64,000 nucleotides of DNA from an uncultured Bifidobacterium sp. GTDB lineage: Bacteria > Actinomycetota > Acidimicrobiia > Acidimicrobiales > Ilumatobacteraceae. A program made the translations under genes and the position numbers. The DNA lies in assembly GCA_964608285.1 (NCBI GenBank), contig CAZSNB010000007.1:4535-68534 (forward strand), given 5' to 3'. A model generated the notes under the pieces. The model searched no databases, had not been told where the DNA came from, and saw only the letters and a program-made list of their open reading frames with translations. Shown in pieces: positions 28,600-37,614 of the stretch (position 1 is the first letter of the stretch; each line of letters opens with the position of its first letter).

Positions 28600-31500
28600 G
28601 TGGCCCATCCCGTGACCGCACCGGCCATGCAGCGGGCGATGCGACTGCTCCAGCAGCGCGTTACCCCGGCCGTCCTCGTCGCGCCCGTGGACTTCGAGGT
28701 GCACGCCACCCAAGAGTGGTTCGAGTCCCCCGGACACGCCGTCGCCACCGCCTCCCCGGTCGCACCCTTCGCCCTCGGGTCGAAGTGGGGTCGTCCGTGG
28801 CACACGCGCTGGTTCCGGCTGCGGGCGGTCGTCCCCGAGGTCCTCGCCGACGAGAATCTCGTGGCCCACGTCGATCTCGGCTTCATCGGACGTGGCGACG
28901 GTTTCGAGGTGGAGGCCCTGGTATGGATCGACGGTCGCATCGTGCAGGCGGTGCAACCCGACCGTCGCCTGGTGTCGCTCGGTCGCCGCGCCGCGGGAGA
29001 GAGCATCGAGATCTGGCTGGAGGCGGCCGCCACCCCGATCATCGCCGGCCACGAGTTCGGCTACGGACCGACCCCGATGGGCGACCCGGCCACGGCCCCG
29101 GAGGCACCGATCTACCGGCTGCGCACGGCCCGTCTCGCCGGCCGTGACGCGGGACTGGCGGAACTCGAGCTCGTCCTCCACGCCGCGATCGACCTGACCA
29201 TGGACCTCCCGGAGCACAGCCCGCAGAGAGCCCGTCTCTTCGCGGCACTCGAGCGTTGCGGCGCGGCCTTCGACGTGAACCATCCCCGGGAGACGGCCGC
29301 GGCGGCGCTCGCGACCCTGCGCCCCGTGATGTCGGCCGGCAACGGGCCGACCGCCCACCGCATCGTCGCCACCGGCCACGCCCATCTCGACACCGCGTGG
29401 CTGTGGCCGATCCGCGAGACGCGACGCAAGGCCGTGCGCACCTTCGCCAACGCGATCGGATTGCTGGAGCAGAACCCCGACTTCGTCTACTGCCACAGCC
29501 AGGCCCAGCACTACGCCTGGGTCGCCGAGGACGCACCGGACCTGTTCGACCGGGTGCGCGGGTTCGTCGCCGAGGGACGCTGGGAGGTCGTGGGCGGGAT
29601 GTGGGTCGAGACCGACCTGAATCTCCCCGACGGCGAGAGCCTGCTGCGCCAACTCGTCAAGGGGCAGGCGGCGTTCCGCGCATGGTTCGGGGAGCGATGC
29701 ACCGGGGCCTTCCTCCCCGACGACTTCGGCTATCCCGCCGCTCTGCCCCAGATCGTCGCCGAGGGCGGCTGTTCGTGGTTCTTCACCCAGAAACTGAGCT
29801 GGAACGAGACGAACCGCTTCCCCCACCATTCCTTCTGGTGGGAGGGACTCGACGGCACCGCCGTCTACGCCCACTTCAGCCCCGTCGACACCTACAACGC
29901 CATCATGAACCCGTCGCAACTGCGCTTCGCCGAGCGCAACTACGCGGACCACGCCGGTTCGGACTCCTCCCTCGTGCTCTTCGGTCACGGCGACGGTGGC
30001 GGGGGTCCCACCCGGGCGATGATCGACCGGGCCCGACTCGCCGCCGACCTCGAGGGCGTTCCGCGGGTGGAGATGGGCCGCGTCGACCGCTTCTTCGCCG
30101 ACGCGGTGCGGGAACACGGACCCGTCGCCCCGCGCTGGGTGGGCGAGATGTACTTCGAGAAGCACCGCGGCACGTACAGCACGCAGCTGGGCACCAAGCA
30201 GGGCAACCGCGCCAGCGAACGTCTCCTCCACGAGGTCGAACTGTGGGCCGTGGCTGCGGGACGCGACGTGCCCGCACTCGACGCGCTGTGGAAGAGGGTC
30301 CTCACCCAGCAGTTCCATGACATCATCCCGGGTTCCTCCATCGCCTGGGTGCACGACGACGCCGAGCGCGAGCACCGCGAGGTCGCCGCGGCGTGCGAAG
30401 CGACGATCGTCGAACTCGTCGCCCCGACCGGGAGCGGCGAGCCCCATGTCCTCAACCCCGCATCCGTGCGCTTCACCGGCGTGGTCGAGGTGGACGGCGC
30501 GCCCGCGTGGGCCGACGTCCCGGCGTTCGCCTGGGCTCCGGTGCGCCCCGCACTCCCGGACGGCGTCGCGCCCGTCGGCGTGCGCGTCGCCGCGGACGGC
30601 ACGATCCTCCTCGACAACGGCACGGTCGCCGCCAGCATCTCGGCCGACGGTCACCTCGCGTCGCTCGTCGGTCACGGACGCGACGTCCTCGGCGGCCGCG
30701 ACGCGCGACTGGTGCTGCGACCCGACACCCCGGCCGAGTACGACGCGTGGGACATCGACCGCGCCGACGCCGACGCTCCTGCCGAGCCCGTGGAGTCGGT
30801 CGGTCCGCCACGGGTGGTCCTCGAGCACCCGCTTCGCGTCGTCGTGGAGACCGAACTCGCCACGGACCGGTCGCGATTCGTGCTGCGCCACATCCTCGAC
30901 GCCGGGTCCGACCGGCTGGACATGGTTCTCGACGCGTCGTGGCACGAGTCGGAACGACGTCTCCAATGGGTCCTGCCGGTCGATGTGCTCGCCCGCGAGG
31001 CCGTGATGGGGACGCAGTTCGGCCACGTGCGGCGTCCGCGCCATGCGAACACCACATGGGACTTGGCCCGCTTCGAGACGTGCGGACACCGCTGGGTCGC
31101 CTGCGCCGAGCCCGGGTTCGGCGCGGCGATCCTCGCCGACGGGCCGCGGGGCTACGACGTGCGCGGTGACGCCATGCGCCTCACGGTGCTGCGGTCACCG
31201 CGTTTCCCCGATCCCGAGGCCGACCGGGGCGAGCAGCGGGTCACCTGGTCCGTCGCTCCGCTCCCGGGCGATCCCGTGCTCGCGGGCGTGGAGGAACGGG
31301 CGGCGGCGATGACGGACCCGCCGCGCGTCGTCGCGGGCGTCCCCGCTGTGGCCCCGCCGGGAATCGACGTCGTCGTCCCCGGCGTGCTGGCGAGCGCGGT
31401 GAAGCCGGCCGAGGACGGCTCCGGGGACCTCATCGTGCGCCTGTGGGAGACGCGGGGCTCGCGCACCGCGGGCCGTCTCGTCGTCGACTCGCGGGCCGGC

Positions 31501-31629
31501 GCCGTCGTGCGTCCCTGCACGGCGCTCGAGGATCCCGTCGGTGAGTCGCTCGCGCCCCACCCCGAGGGCGGATGGACCGTGGCACTCGGTCCGTTCCGCA
31601 TCCTCACGCTCCGACTCAGCGGACGCTGA
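28600..31629 (+). CDS. GH38 alpha-mannosidase
   Basis: GTG 28600 preceded by GAGGAGGA. TGHAHLDTAWLWP, GRWEVVGGMWVETDLNLPDGESLLRQ, EKHRGTYSTQ. Confidence 0.9.
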   Translation: MAHPVTAPAMQRAMRLLQQRVTPAVLVAPVDFEVHATQEWFESPGHAVATASPVAPFALGSKWGRPWHTRWFRLRAVVPEVLADENLVAHVDLGFIGRGDGFEVEALVWIDGRIVQAVQPDRRLVSLGRRAAGESIEIWLEAAATPIIAGHEFGYGPTPMGDPATAPEAPIYRLRTARLAGRDAGLAELELVLHAAIDLTMDLPEHSPQRARLFAALERCGAAFDVNHPRETAAAALATLRPVMSAGNGPTAHRIVATGHAHLDTAWLWPIRETRRKAVRTFANAIGLLEQNPDFVYCHSQAQHYAWVAEDAPDLFDRVRGFVAEGRWEVVGGMWVETDLNLPDGESLLRQLVKGQAAFRAWFGERCTGAFLPDDFGYPAALPQIVAEGGCSWFFTQKLSWNETNRFPHHSFWWEGLDGTAVYAHFSPVDTYNAIMNPSQLRFAERNYADHAGSDSSLVLFGHGDGGGGPTRAMIDRARLAADLEGVPRVEMGRVDRFFADAVREHGPVAPRWVGEMYFEKHRGTYSTQLGTKQGNRASERLLHEVELWAVAAGRDVPALDALWKRVLTQQFHDIIPGSSIAWVHDDAEREHREVAAACEATIVELVAPTGSGEPHVLNPASVRFTGVVEVDGAPAWADVPAFAWAPVRPALPDGVAPVGVRVAADGTILLDNGTVAASISADGHLASLVGHGRDVLGGRDARLVLRPDTPAEYDAWDIDRADADAPAEPVESVGPPRVVLEHPLRVVVETELATDRSRFVLRHILDAGSDRLDMVLDASWHESERRLQWVLPVDVLAREAVMGTQFGHVRRPRHANTTWDLARFETCGHRWVACAEPGFGAAILADGPRGYDVRGDAMRLTVLRSPRFPDPEADRGEQRVTWSVAPLPGDPVLAGVEERAAAMTDPPRVVAGVPAVAPPGIDVVVPGVLASAVKPAEDGSGDLIVRLWETRGSRTAGRLVVDSRAGAVVRPCTALEDPVGESLAPHPEGGWTVALGPFRILTLRLSGR

Positions 31630-31632
31630 GGA

Positions 31633-33333
31633 TCAGGGCGCGTACTCGTCGCGCAGGTCCTTCTTGAGCACCTTGCCGGTTGCATTGCGCGGCAGTTCCT
31701 CCGCGCGCCACACCACGATGCTCGGCACCTTGAAGGGAGCGAGTCGGGAGGACAGGTGCGCCCGCAACGCGTCCTCGTCGGCCGGCCCGTGTCCCGGGGC
31801 CGGAACGACCACCGCGGCGACCTCCTCGCCGAGGACGTCGTGGGGAAGACCGATGACCGCGCAGTCCAGCACACTCGGATGCTCGAACAGGACGGTCTCG
31901 ACCTCCACGCAGTACACGTTCTCCCCGCCCCTCAGCACCATGTCCTTGATGCGGTCGACGACGTAGAGGTACCCCTCCTCGTCGAGGTAGCCGGCGTCGC
32001 CGGTGCGGAACCATCCGCCCCCGAACGCCTGCTCCGTGGCCTCGGGACGGTTCCAGTATCCGCGCACGTTGTTCGGCCCTTGGATCCACACCTCGCCGAT
32101 GCCCCCGGGCGCCAGGTCGTCGCCGTCGGGTCCGACGATGCGCACGTCGGTGCCCACAGCGGGCAGGCCCACACTGTCCTTGCGCGCGAAATATGCCGCA
32201 CCCGAGTTGGCCACCACGCCGCCCGTCGTCTCGGTGAGCCCGTAGCCGTTCCCCGCGCTCACCGTGCCCGCGAACTCGGTCTCGATGCGGGCCACGAGGT
32301 CCGGGGGAACCGGGGCTCCGCCCTGGCTGATCGCGGTGAGGCTCGACAGGTCGTGGCGCGGGAAGTCGGGGTGCTCCAGGAAGGTGCGCACGACGGTGGG
32401 GACCCCGCCGATCGACGTCAACCGATGGCGTTCCACGAGGGCGAGGGCCTCGCCGGCGTCCCACTTGTGCATGGTGGCGATGAGCGCACCGTTGCGCGTG
32501 TGGGAGATCATCCCGCACAGTCCCGCGATGTGGAAGTACGGGAAGGTGGAGAGCACCCGCGGCGGGGGCGGCGGGACCGGTTGCGGGGCCGGCGGCCAGT
32601 TCCCCGCCATCGCCTGCGCCAAGGCGACCGCGAAGGCCGAGTTCATGAAGTTCGTGACGTAGTTGCGGTGGCTCCCGAGTGCACCCTTGGGACGACCGGT
32701 GGTGCCGGACGTGTAGAGGATGGTCGCCGCGTCGTCGGGCCCGGGCGATGCGGTGGGCATGGTCGCGTCCGCGTCCCCCGTGACCTCCTCCCACCCCCAG
32801 GTCCCCGACCGCGCCGGGGCGCGCACGACGACGACGTTCTCCACACCCGTCTCGGCGAGAAGTCGGTCGTCGAGACGGTCCAGACGCTCGCCGTCCAGGA
32901 CAAGCGTGCGGGCACCGGAGTCCTCGACGGCGAAGCGCAGTTCGTCGGTGACCCACCAGGCGTTGAGGCTGACGACGACGGCGCCGATGCACTGTGCGGC
33001 CCAGAAGGCCACGGCCCACTCGGGATAGTTGCGCATCCCGATGGCCACCCGGTCCCCGGCGCGCACGCCGCGTTCCACCATCCATGACGCCAGCGAGCGC
33101 GCACGAGCATCGGCTTCGCCGTAGGTGAGCACCTCGTCGGCGAACACGAAGTAGGGGGAGTCACCCCGACGCGACGCCTCGAGCCAGACCTCGCGCAGGG
33201 ACGCGGGGGCACGACGGAACACCCGCAGCGGGACTCCGTCGATGTCGCGCACCTCGAGCTCGAAGGGCGAACCCTCCCCCGTGAGCATCGAGATGGCCTC
33301 CCCCCTCGTGGCCATGTCGTCCGACCGTAGCAA
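31633..33333 (-). CDS. AMP-dependent acyl-CoA synthetase/ligase (start may be ATG 33315)
   Basis: ILYTSGTTGRPKGA, GWFRTGDAGYLDEEGYLYVVDRIKD, LPRNATGKVLK. Confidence 0.9.
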   Translation of the reverse strand: MLRSDDMATRGEAISMLTGEGSPFELEVRDIDGVPLRVFRRAPASLREVWLEASRRGDSPYFVFADEVLTYGEADARARSLASWMVERGVRAGDRVAIGMRNYPEWAVAFWAAQCIGAVVVSLNAWWVTDELRFAVEDSGARTLVLDGERLDRLDDRLLAETGVENVVVVRAPARSGTWGWEEVTGDADATMPTASPGPDDAATILYTSGTTGRPKGALGSHRNYVTNFMNSAFAVALAQAMAGNWPPAPQPVPPPPPRVLSTFPYFHIAGLCGMISHTRNGALIATMHKWDAGEALALVERHRLTSIGGVPTVVRTFLEHPDFPRHDLSSLTAISQGGAPVPPDLVARIETEFAGTVSAGNGYGLTETTGGVVANSGAAYFARKDSVGLPAVGTDVRIVGPDGDDLAPGGIGEVWIQGPNNVRGYWNRPEATEQAFGGGWFRTGDAGYLDEEGYLYVVDRIKDMVLRGGENVYCVEVETVLFEHPSVLDCAVIGLPHDVLGEEVAAVVVPAPGHGPADEDALRAHLSSRLAPFKVPSIVVWRAEELPRNATGKVLKKDLRDEYAP

Positions 33334-33351
33334 CGACGACCGGCGGACGGC

Positions 33352-34056
33352 TCACCCGGAGCGGGGCCTCCCGCGGTGGCCGGTGCGCGACATCACCGTC
33401 GCCAGGTCGCCGATGCCGACGCCCGACAACGTGGACAGCACGTGCAGGGGAACGGCGGGGTCGTCGCTCGGGGGAACATCGACGACGTGGGGAACGGCGA
33501 GGACCGTGCATCCCGCCGCGAGGGCGGAGGCCACGCCGGTCGGGGAATCCTCGATGGCCAGGCACTCTCCCGGGTCGATCCCGAGACGCTGCGCGGCGAG
33601 GAGATAGGGCTCGGGATGGGGTTTGCCCCGTTCCACGTCGTCGCCCACCACGACGGCATCGAACGAGCCGTCCGGAAGGGCATCCACCACCTCACGGGCG
33701 AACCGACGCCACGACATCGTCACGAGAGCGGTGGGAACGGGAACGGCCCGCAGGTCCGCCAGCAGTTCCCGGGCACCGGGGCGCCAGGGCACCTGCCTCC
33801 TGATGCTCGCGACCACCCGGTCGAGGAGCATCTCGACGATCTCGGCGGGCTCGCGGTCGACGCCCCCGTGCAGCCTCATGTAACGACCCGAGTCGAGCAG
33901 GTCGGACCCGACGAGCGCGCGCGCGTGTTCGTCCGACCAGGTGCCTCCGTGGCTCTCGACGATGTCGTACTCGGCGGCGATCCAGTACGGCTCGGTGTCG
34001 ACGATCGTCCCGTCCATGTCCCACAGGACCGCGCGGGGTGGGCGTCCGTCGAGCAT
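33352..34056 (-). CDS. HAD-superfamily hydrolase (beta-phosphoglucomutase-like subfamily IA)
   Basis: VLWDMDGTIVDTEPYW (D-x-D-x-T), VTMSWRR, VVVGDDVERGKPHPEPY, AIEDSPTG. Confidence 0.85.
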   Translation of the reverse strand: MLDGRPPRAVLWDMDGTIVDTEPYWIAAEYDIVESHGGTWSDEHARALVGSDLLDSGRYMRLHGGVDREPAEIVEMLLDRVVASIRRQVPWRPGARELLADLRAVPVPTALVTMSWRRFAREVVDALPDGSFDAVVVGDDVERGKPHPEPYLLAAQRLGIDPGECLAIEDSPTGVASALAAGCTVLAVPHVVDVPPSDDPAVPLHVLSTLSGVGIGDLATVMSRTGHRGRPRSG

Positions 34057-34097
34057 GCGGGAACCACGATAGGGGTGCGTCGCTACAGTCGACGGGA

Positions 34098-34865
34098 ATG
34101 CGCAGTCCCCGTCGCGTCCTCCTCGCTCTCGTCGCCACGATGATGACGGCCGCCGCGTGCGGAACGGACGATGCCGCGGAGGTCGACCGTCGAGTCCCTC
34201 GCATAATGGGCTCCATCCCCCACGACACCTCGGCCTTCACCCAGGGCCTCGAGATGCACGATGGTCTGCTGCTGGAGGGAACGGGGCGCTACGGGTTCTC
34301 GGACCGACGCCTCGTCGATCCGGTGGATGGCTCCGTGCGGACCCGACTCGCGCTGCCCGCGTCGCAGTTCGGCGAGGGGCTGACCATCGCCGGCGACCGG
34401 GGATTCCATCTCACGTGGCGCGAGGGCATCGTCCACGTCTTCGACCCGACGTCGCTCGCCCAGGTCGGCATGTTCACGTACGCCGGCGAGGGGTGGGGGA
34501 TCTGCTGGGACGGCCGACACCTCGTCATGAGCGACGGATCCTCGGTGCTCGTCCGTCGCGATCCCGTCGACTTCTCGGTCGTGTCCGAGACCGAGGTCCT
34601 GCTCGAGGGGCGGCCCGTGAACCGGCTCAACGAGCTCGAGTGCACCCCCGACCGCATCTGGGCCAACGTGTGGCAGACGGCCACCATCGTCGGCATCGAC
34701 GCCAGCACCGGCCTCGTGCGCGATGTCCTCGACGCCTCGTCCCTCGTGCCCCCCGGTCTCGGTCCCGATGCCGTCCTCAACGGCATCGCCCGCGACCCCG
34801 CAGACGGGTCGTTCTGGGTGACGGGAAAACTGTGGCCGACCATGTGGAAGGTCCGACTCGACTGA
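34098..34865 (+). CDS. Glutaminyl-peptide cyclotransferase (beta-propeller, plant/bacterial type), lipoprotein
   Basis: Lipobox MMTAAAC. HDTSAFTQGLEMHDGLLLEGTGRYG, FGEGLT, EGWGICWDG, LNELE...IWANVWQT, FWVTGKLWPTMWKV. Confidence 0.8.
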   Translation: MRSPRRVLLALVATMMTAAACGTDDAAEVDRRVPRIMGSIPHDTSAFTQGLEMHDGLLLEGTGRYGFSDRRLVDPVDGSVRTRLALPASQFGEGLTIAGDRGFHLTWREGIVHVFDPTSLAQVGMFTYAGEGWGICWDGRHLVMSDGSSVLVRRDPVDFSVVSETEVLLEGRPVNRLNELECTPDRIWANVWQTATIVGIDASTGLVRDVLDASSLVPPGLGPDAVLNGIARDPADGSFWVTGKLWPTMWKVRLD

Positions 34866-34908
34866 CGGACCGCACCGCCCGGTCACACGCCCGTGGAAGA
34901 ATGACCGT

Positions 34909-35688
34909 GTGTCCGACGCTCCCGTGTACCTCTCCCCCTCCTCCATCGGGACGTACCGGTCCTGTCCGCAGAAGTTCAAGCTCTCCCGCATCGACCGCAT
35001 CCCCGAGCCCCCCACGTGGGCCACGCACCTGGGCACCTTCGTCCACGAGGTGCTCGAGCACCTCTACCAACAACCCGCGGGGAGCCGCACGGTGGACGGG
35101 TTGCGCACCCTCGCGGGGAACCTGTGGGCGCAGAACGACTGGGAGTCGAAGGTGCTCGCCCTCGCCGAGCGCAAGGGCGAACCTCGCGACTTCAAGGTCG
35201 CCGCGTTCGCCTGCATGACGAACCTCTGGAAGCTCGAGGATCCCGCGTCGACGGAACTCGACGGAATGGAGCACGAGGTGAACTGCGAGGTGGAGGGCGT
35301 CGCGTTGAAGGGCTACATCGACAGGTTCGTCTTCGCCGACGACGGCAGCGTCGTCATCTCCGACTACAAGACGGGCAAGGTCCCCAACCCCCGCTTCACG
35401 AAGGACGACGACAAGTTCTTCCAGTTGCTCGCCTACGCCCTGATGCTCGACGCGTCCGATCAGGAGACCACCTCGAAGGTGCAGCTCTACTACCTCAACG
35501 AACCCGTGGTCCACGAGCTCGAGGTCACCCCGCAACGTCTCTCCGTCGCCACGGGCACCATCGTCGAGACCAGGGAAGCCGTCGACGCCTCGTTGGCCTC
35601 GGGCGAGTTCCACTGCAACGTCACGAAGCTGTGCGACTGGTGCCACTTCAAGGCGACGAAGACCTGCCCGGCCTTCGCCGGCACCTGA
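34909..35688 (+). CDS. PD-(D/E)XK nuclease, Cas4/RecB-like with Fe-S cysteine set (GTG start)
   Basis: LSPSSIGTYRSCPQKF (N-terminal Cys), GYIDRF...VVISDYKTGK (D...D/E-x-K), QLLAYALM, C-terminal CNVTKLCDWCHFKATKTC. Confidence 0.75.
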   Translation: MSDAPVYLSPSSIGTYRSCPQKFKLSRIDRIPEPPTWATHLGTFVHEVLEHLYQQPAGSRTVDGLRTLAGNLWAQNDWESKVLALAERKGEPRDFKVAAFACMTNLWKLEDPASTELDGMEHEVNCEVEGVALKGYIDRFVFADDGSVVISDYKTGKVPNPRFTKDDDKFFQLLAYALMLDASDQETTSKVQLYYLNEPVVHELEVTPQRLSVATGTIVETREAVDASLASGEFHCNVTKLCDWCHFKATKTCPAFAGT

Positions 35689-35718
35689 AGCCCGACGACG
35701 TCGGGGACCCTCGCCCGA

Positions 35719-36837
35719 TCAGGCTCGGTGACCCGAGAAGGCCCCGACGAGACCGGTCGGAGCGTGGGGTCCGAAGGCCAGTTGTTCGAGGACCCCGATT
35801 CCCTCGCCGAGGTTCGAGTGCACCCTCGACAACGTCTGCACGTGCACCATGGTGGGGTCCTCCCCGTCCACCGTGCCCAGGTCGATCGTCTCCCCGGCCA
35901 CCTCGAGGTCGCCGTGGGCGGAGCCGTGTCCGAACGTCGGATGCGTGTAGCCGATGCCGCGCATGCGGAAGGTGAGGAGGGGCTCGAACTCGAGCGACAC
36001 GGCGTCGCCGCCGAGTCGCCGGGTGGTCACGGTCGCCCGGGAGATCTCCCTCGTCCCGGGTCGCCAGGCGAGGTCGTAGTCCCACCAGTTGAGGTGTTCC
36101 GCGGTGTCCTCCCCCCATGTCGCGGAGTCCGGCCCCGCGAGGTGCGGGATGATGCGCGCCGTCGACATCCACCGGTGGCCGTCGCCGTTCTCGAAGGCCG
36201 CCACATGGGTGCAGAAGCCGTCGAAGTGCAGCGGCGCCCACAGCCAGAACATCTGTCGCACCGCGGGCGCAAGATTGGTCGGCACGGGTGCGCCGACGCC
36301 CCGCGTGCCCCAGCTGCGGTCGCGCACGCCGGGCACGTCCGCCGCGTCGAGGTCGACGGTGCGTCCGTCCACCGTCAACCGCCCCGACCATCGGCCCCAC
36401 TGGGTGAGTCGCGTGGCGTCCATGGCCACGCGCCCGTCCCGCACCAGGGTCTGCCGGGGCTCCTCCACCGCGGGCGTGACGGCGTCGAAGACCGCGTCGG
36501 CGACGATGCCGTGGGGGTTCGGGCCCACCTCCACCCGGAGACGTCGCAGGGGTTCGAGAACGGTCACGGAGATGGGTCCGATGCGGGTGGACCGCTCCGG
36601 CGTGATGCGGCCCGAGGCGAAGACCGACCGTTGCACTCCGTCCGCCACGACGCTGAAGGCGGCGTCGACGACGCCACGGTTCGGGTAGTGACCCATCGCG
36701 GCCGCGAAGAAGAGGTCGCCCGCGCGCGTGTGGCCGTTGAAGAAGTACCGGTCGTAGTGGTTCGGGTCCGGGGATGCCGTCTGGGCCATCGGCACCGGGG
36801 CCTGGTGCAGGGGGAAGTCGTCGTGGGGCGTGAGCAT
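35719..36837 (-). CDS. Conserved-looking cytoplasmic hypothetical protein, 372 aa
   Basis: MLTPHDDFPLHQAPVPM..., RDRSWGTRG, FWLWAPLHFDGF. Coding-like composition, no signal peptide. I cannot name the family. Confidence 0.6.
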   Translation of the reverse strand: MLTPHDDFPLHQAPVPMAQTASPDPNHYDRYFFNGHTRAGDLFFAAAMGHYPNRGVVDAAFSVVADGVQRSVFASGRITPERSTRIGPISVTVLEPLRRLRVEVGPNPHGIVADAVFDAVTPAVEEPRQTLVRDGRVAMDATRLTQWGRWSGRLTVDGRTVDLDAADVPGVRDRSWGTRGVGAPVPTNLAPAVRQMFWLWAPLHFDGFCTHVAAFENGDGHRWMSTARIIPHLAGPDSATWGEDTAEHLNWWDYDLAWRPGTREISRATVTTRRLGGDAVSLEFEPLLTFRMRGIGYTHPTFGHGSAHGDLEVAGETIDLGTVDGEDPTMVHVQTLSRVHSNLGEGIGVLEQLAFGPHAPTGLVGAFSGHRA

Positions 36838-36889
36838 CGCGGCTCACCGTACCCCTCGTCGTCACGTGCCCCGGACCCCGGGCGCGCGG

Positions 36890-37558
36890 TCAGGCGACCT
36901 CGACGAACACCTCGCAGCGACGGTGCAGGGCCCGCCCGGTGGGCGTGTCCTGACTCACGCCCTCGATGCGTTCCGAGTCTCCCTTGCCGACACGGCCGAT
37001 CGTGCCCTTCCCCCGCCCGAGAATCGTCTCCAACCGGGAGGCGAGCGAGTCGGCCCTCTTAAGGCTGAGCGGCTGGCGGGAACTGGCCGGCCCGTCGGCG
37101 GACGAGTGGCATACCACGACGACCTCGAGGTCGGGACCGGAGATGGCGGGCACGACGGCGTTGACGGCCTCGAGGGACTTCTCGGTGAGTTCCCACGAAT
37201 CGGCAGCGAAGAGCACGTCGTTCGGGATCGTCACCCGCCGCATCTGCTTGTCGGCCGGATGACCGGGAAGATAGCCGGCCTCCACGACCTCCACGACGCT
37301 GGAGGCCGTGGTCCACCAGAACTGCGGTGGCTCCGTCTCGGGGATGACCACGTCGCCGAGACCGTGGAACCGGTCGCCCTCGGCGCCCGATGCCGAGCCC
37401 GACGGTGCCGGAATGCGCACGCCGTTGGCCCACGCCGCGTAGCCGCCCCCGACGAGACCGAGGAGCACCATCGGCACCACGACCATCGCCGGCGAGAACG
37501 AGGAACCGCGACGACGACCGCGACCGCGACGCGACTTCCGGCGTTTGCGATTGGCCAC
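36890..37558 (-). CDS. Bitopic membrane protein with C-terminal OmpA-like peptidoglycan-binding domain
   Basis: Basic N-terminus (NRKRRKSRRGRGRRRG), TM helix MVVVPMVLLGLVGGGYAAW. OmpA_C-like VLFAADSWELT, LSLKRADSLASRL, HRRCEVFVEV. I prefer GTG 37558 (6 nt after AGGAGG) over the track's GTG 37564, which directly abuts the SD. Confidence 0.7.
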   Translation of the reverse strand: MANRKRRKSRRGRGRRRGSSFSPAMVVVPMVLLGLVGGGYAAWANGVRIPAPSGSASGAEGDRFHGLGDVVIPETEPPQFWWTTASSVVEVVEAGYLPGHPADKQMRRVTIPNDVLFAADSWELTEKSLEAVNAVVPAISGPDLEVVVVCHSSADGPASSRQPLSLKRADSLASRLETILGRGKGTIGRVGKGDSERIEGVSQDTPTGRALHRRCEVFVEVA

Positions 37559-37614
37559 CGTCACCCTCCTTCGGTCAACGCGACATCGACGAACGTCGTG
37601 GCGGGCAGGCTAGT

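Noticed and set aside
26598-31089. 814-aa and 843-aa minus-strand ORFs (26598-29042 and 28558-31089) opposite the sulfatase and GH38 genes.
   Set aside because: Same artefact. The plus-strand products carry the HxHxDH MBL motif and GH38 motifs. The minus-strand translations are low-complexity R/G/D/V strings.
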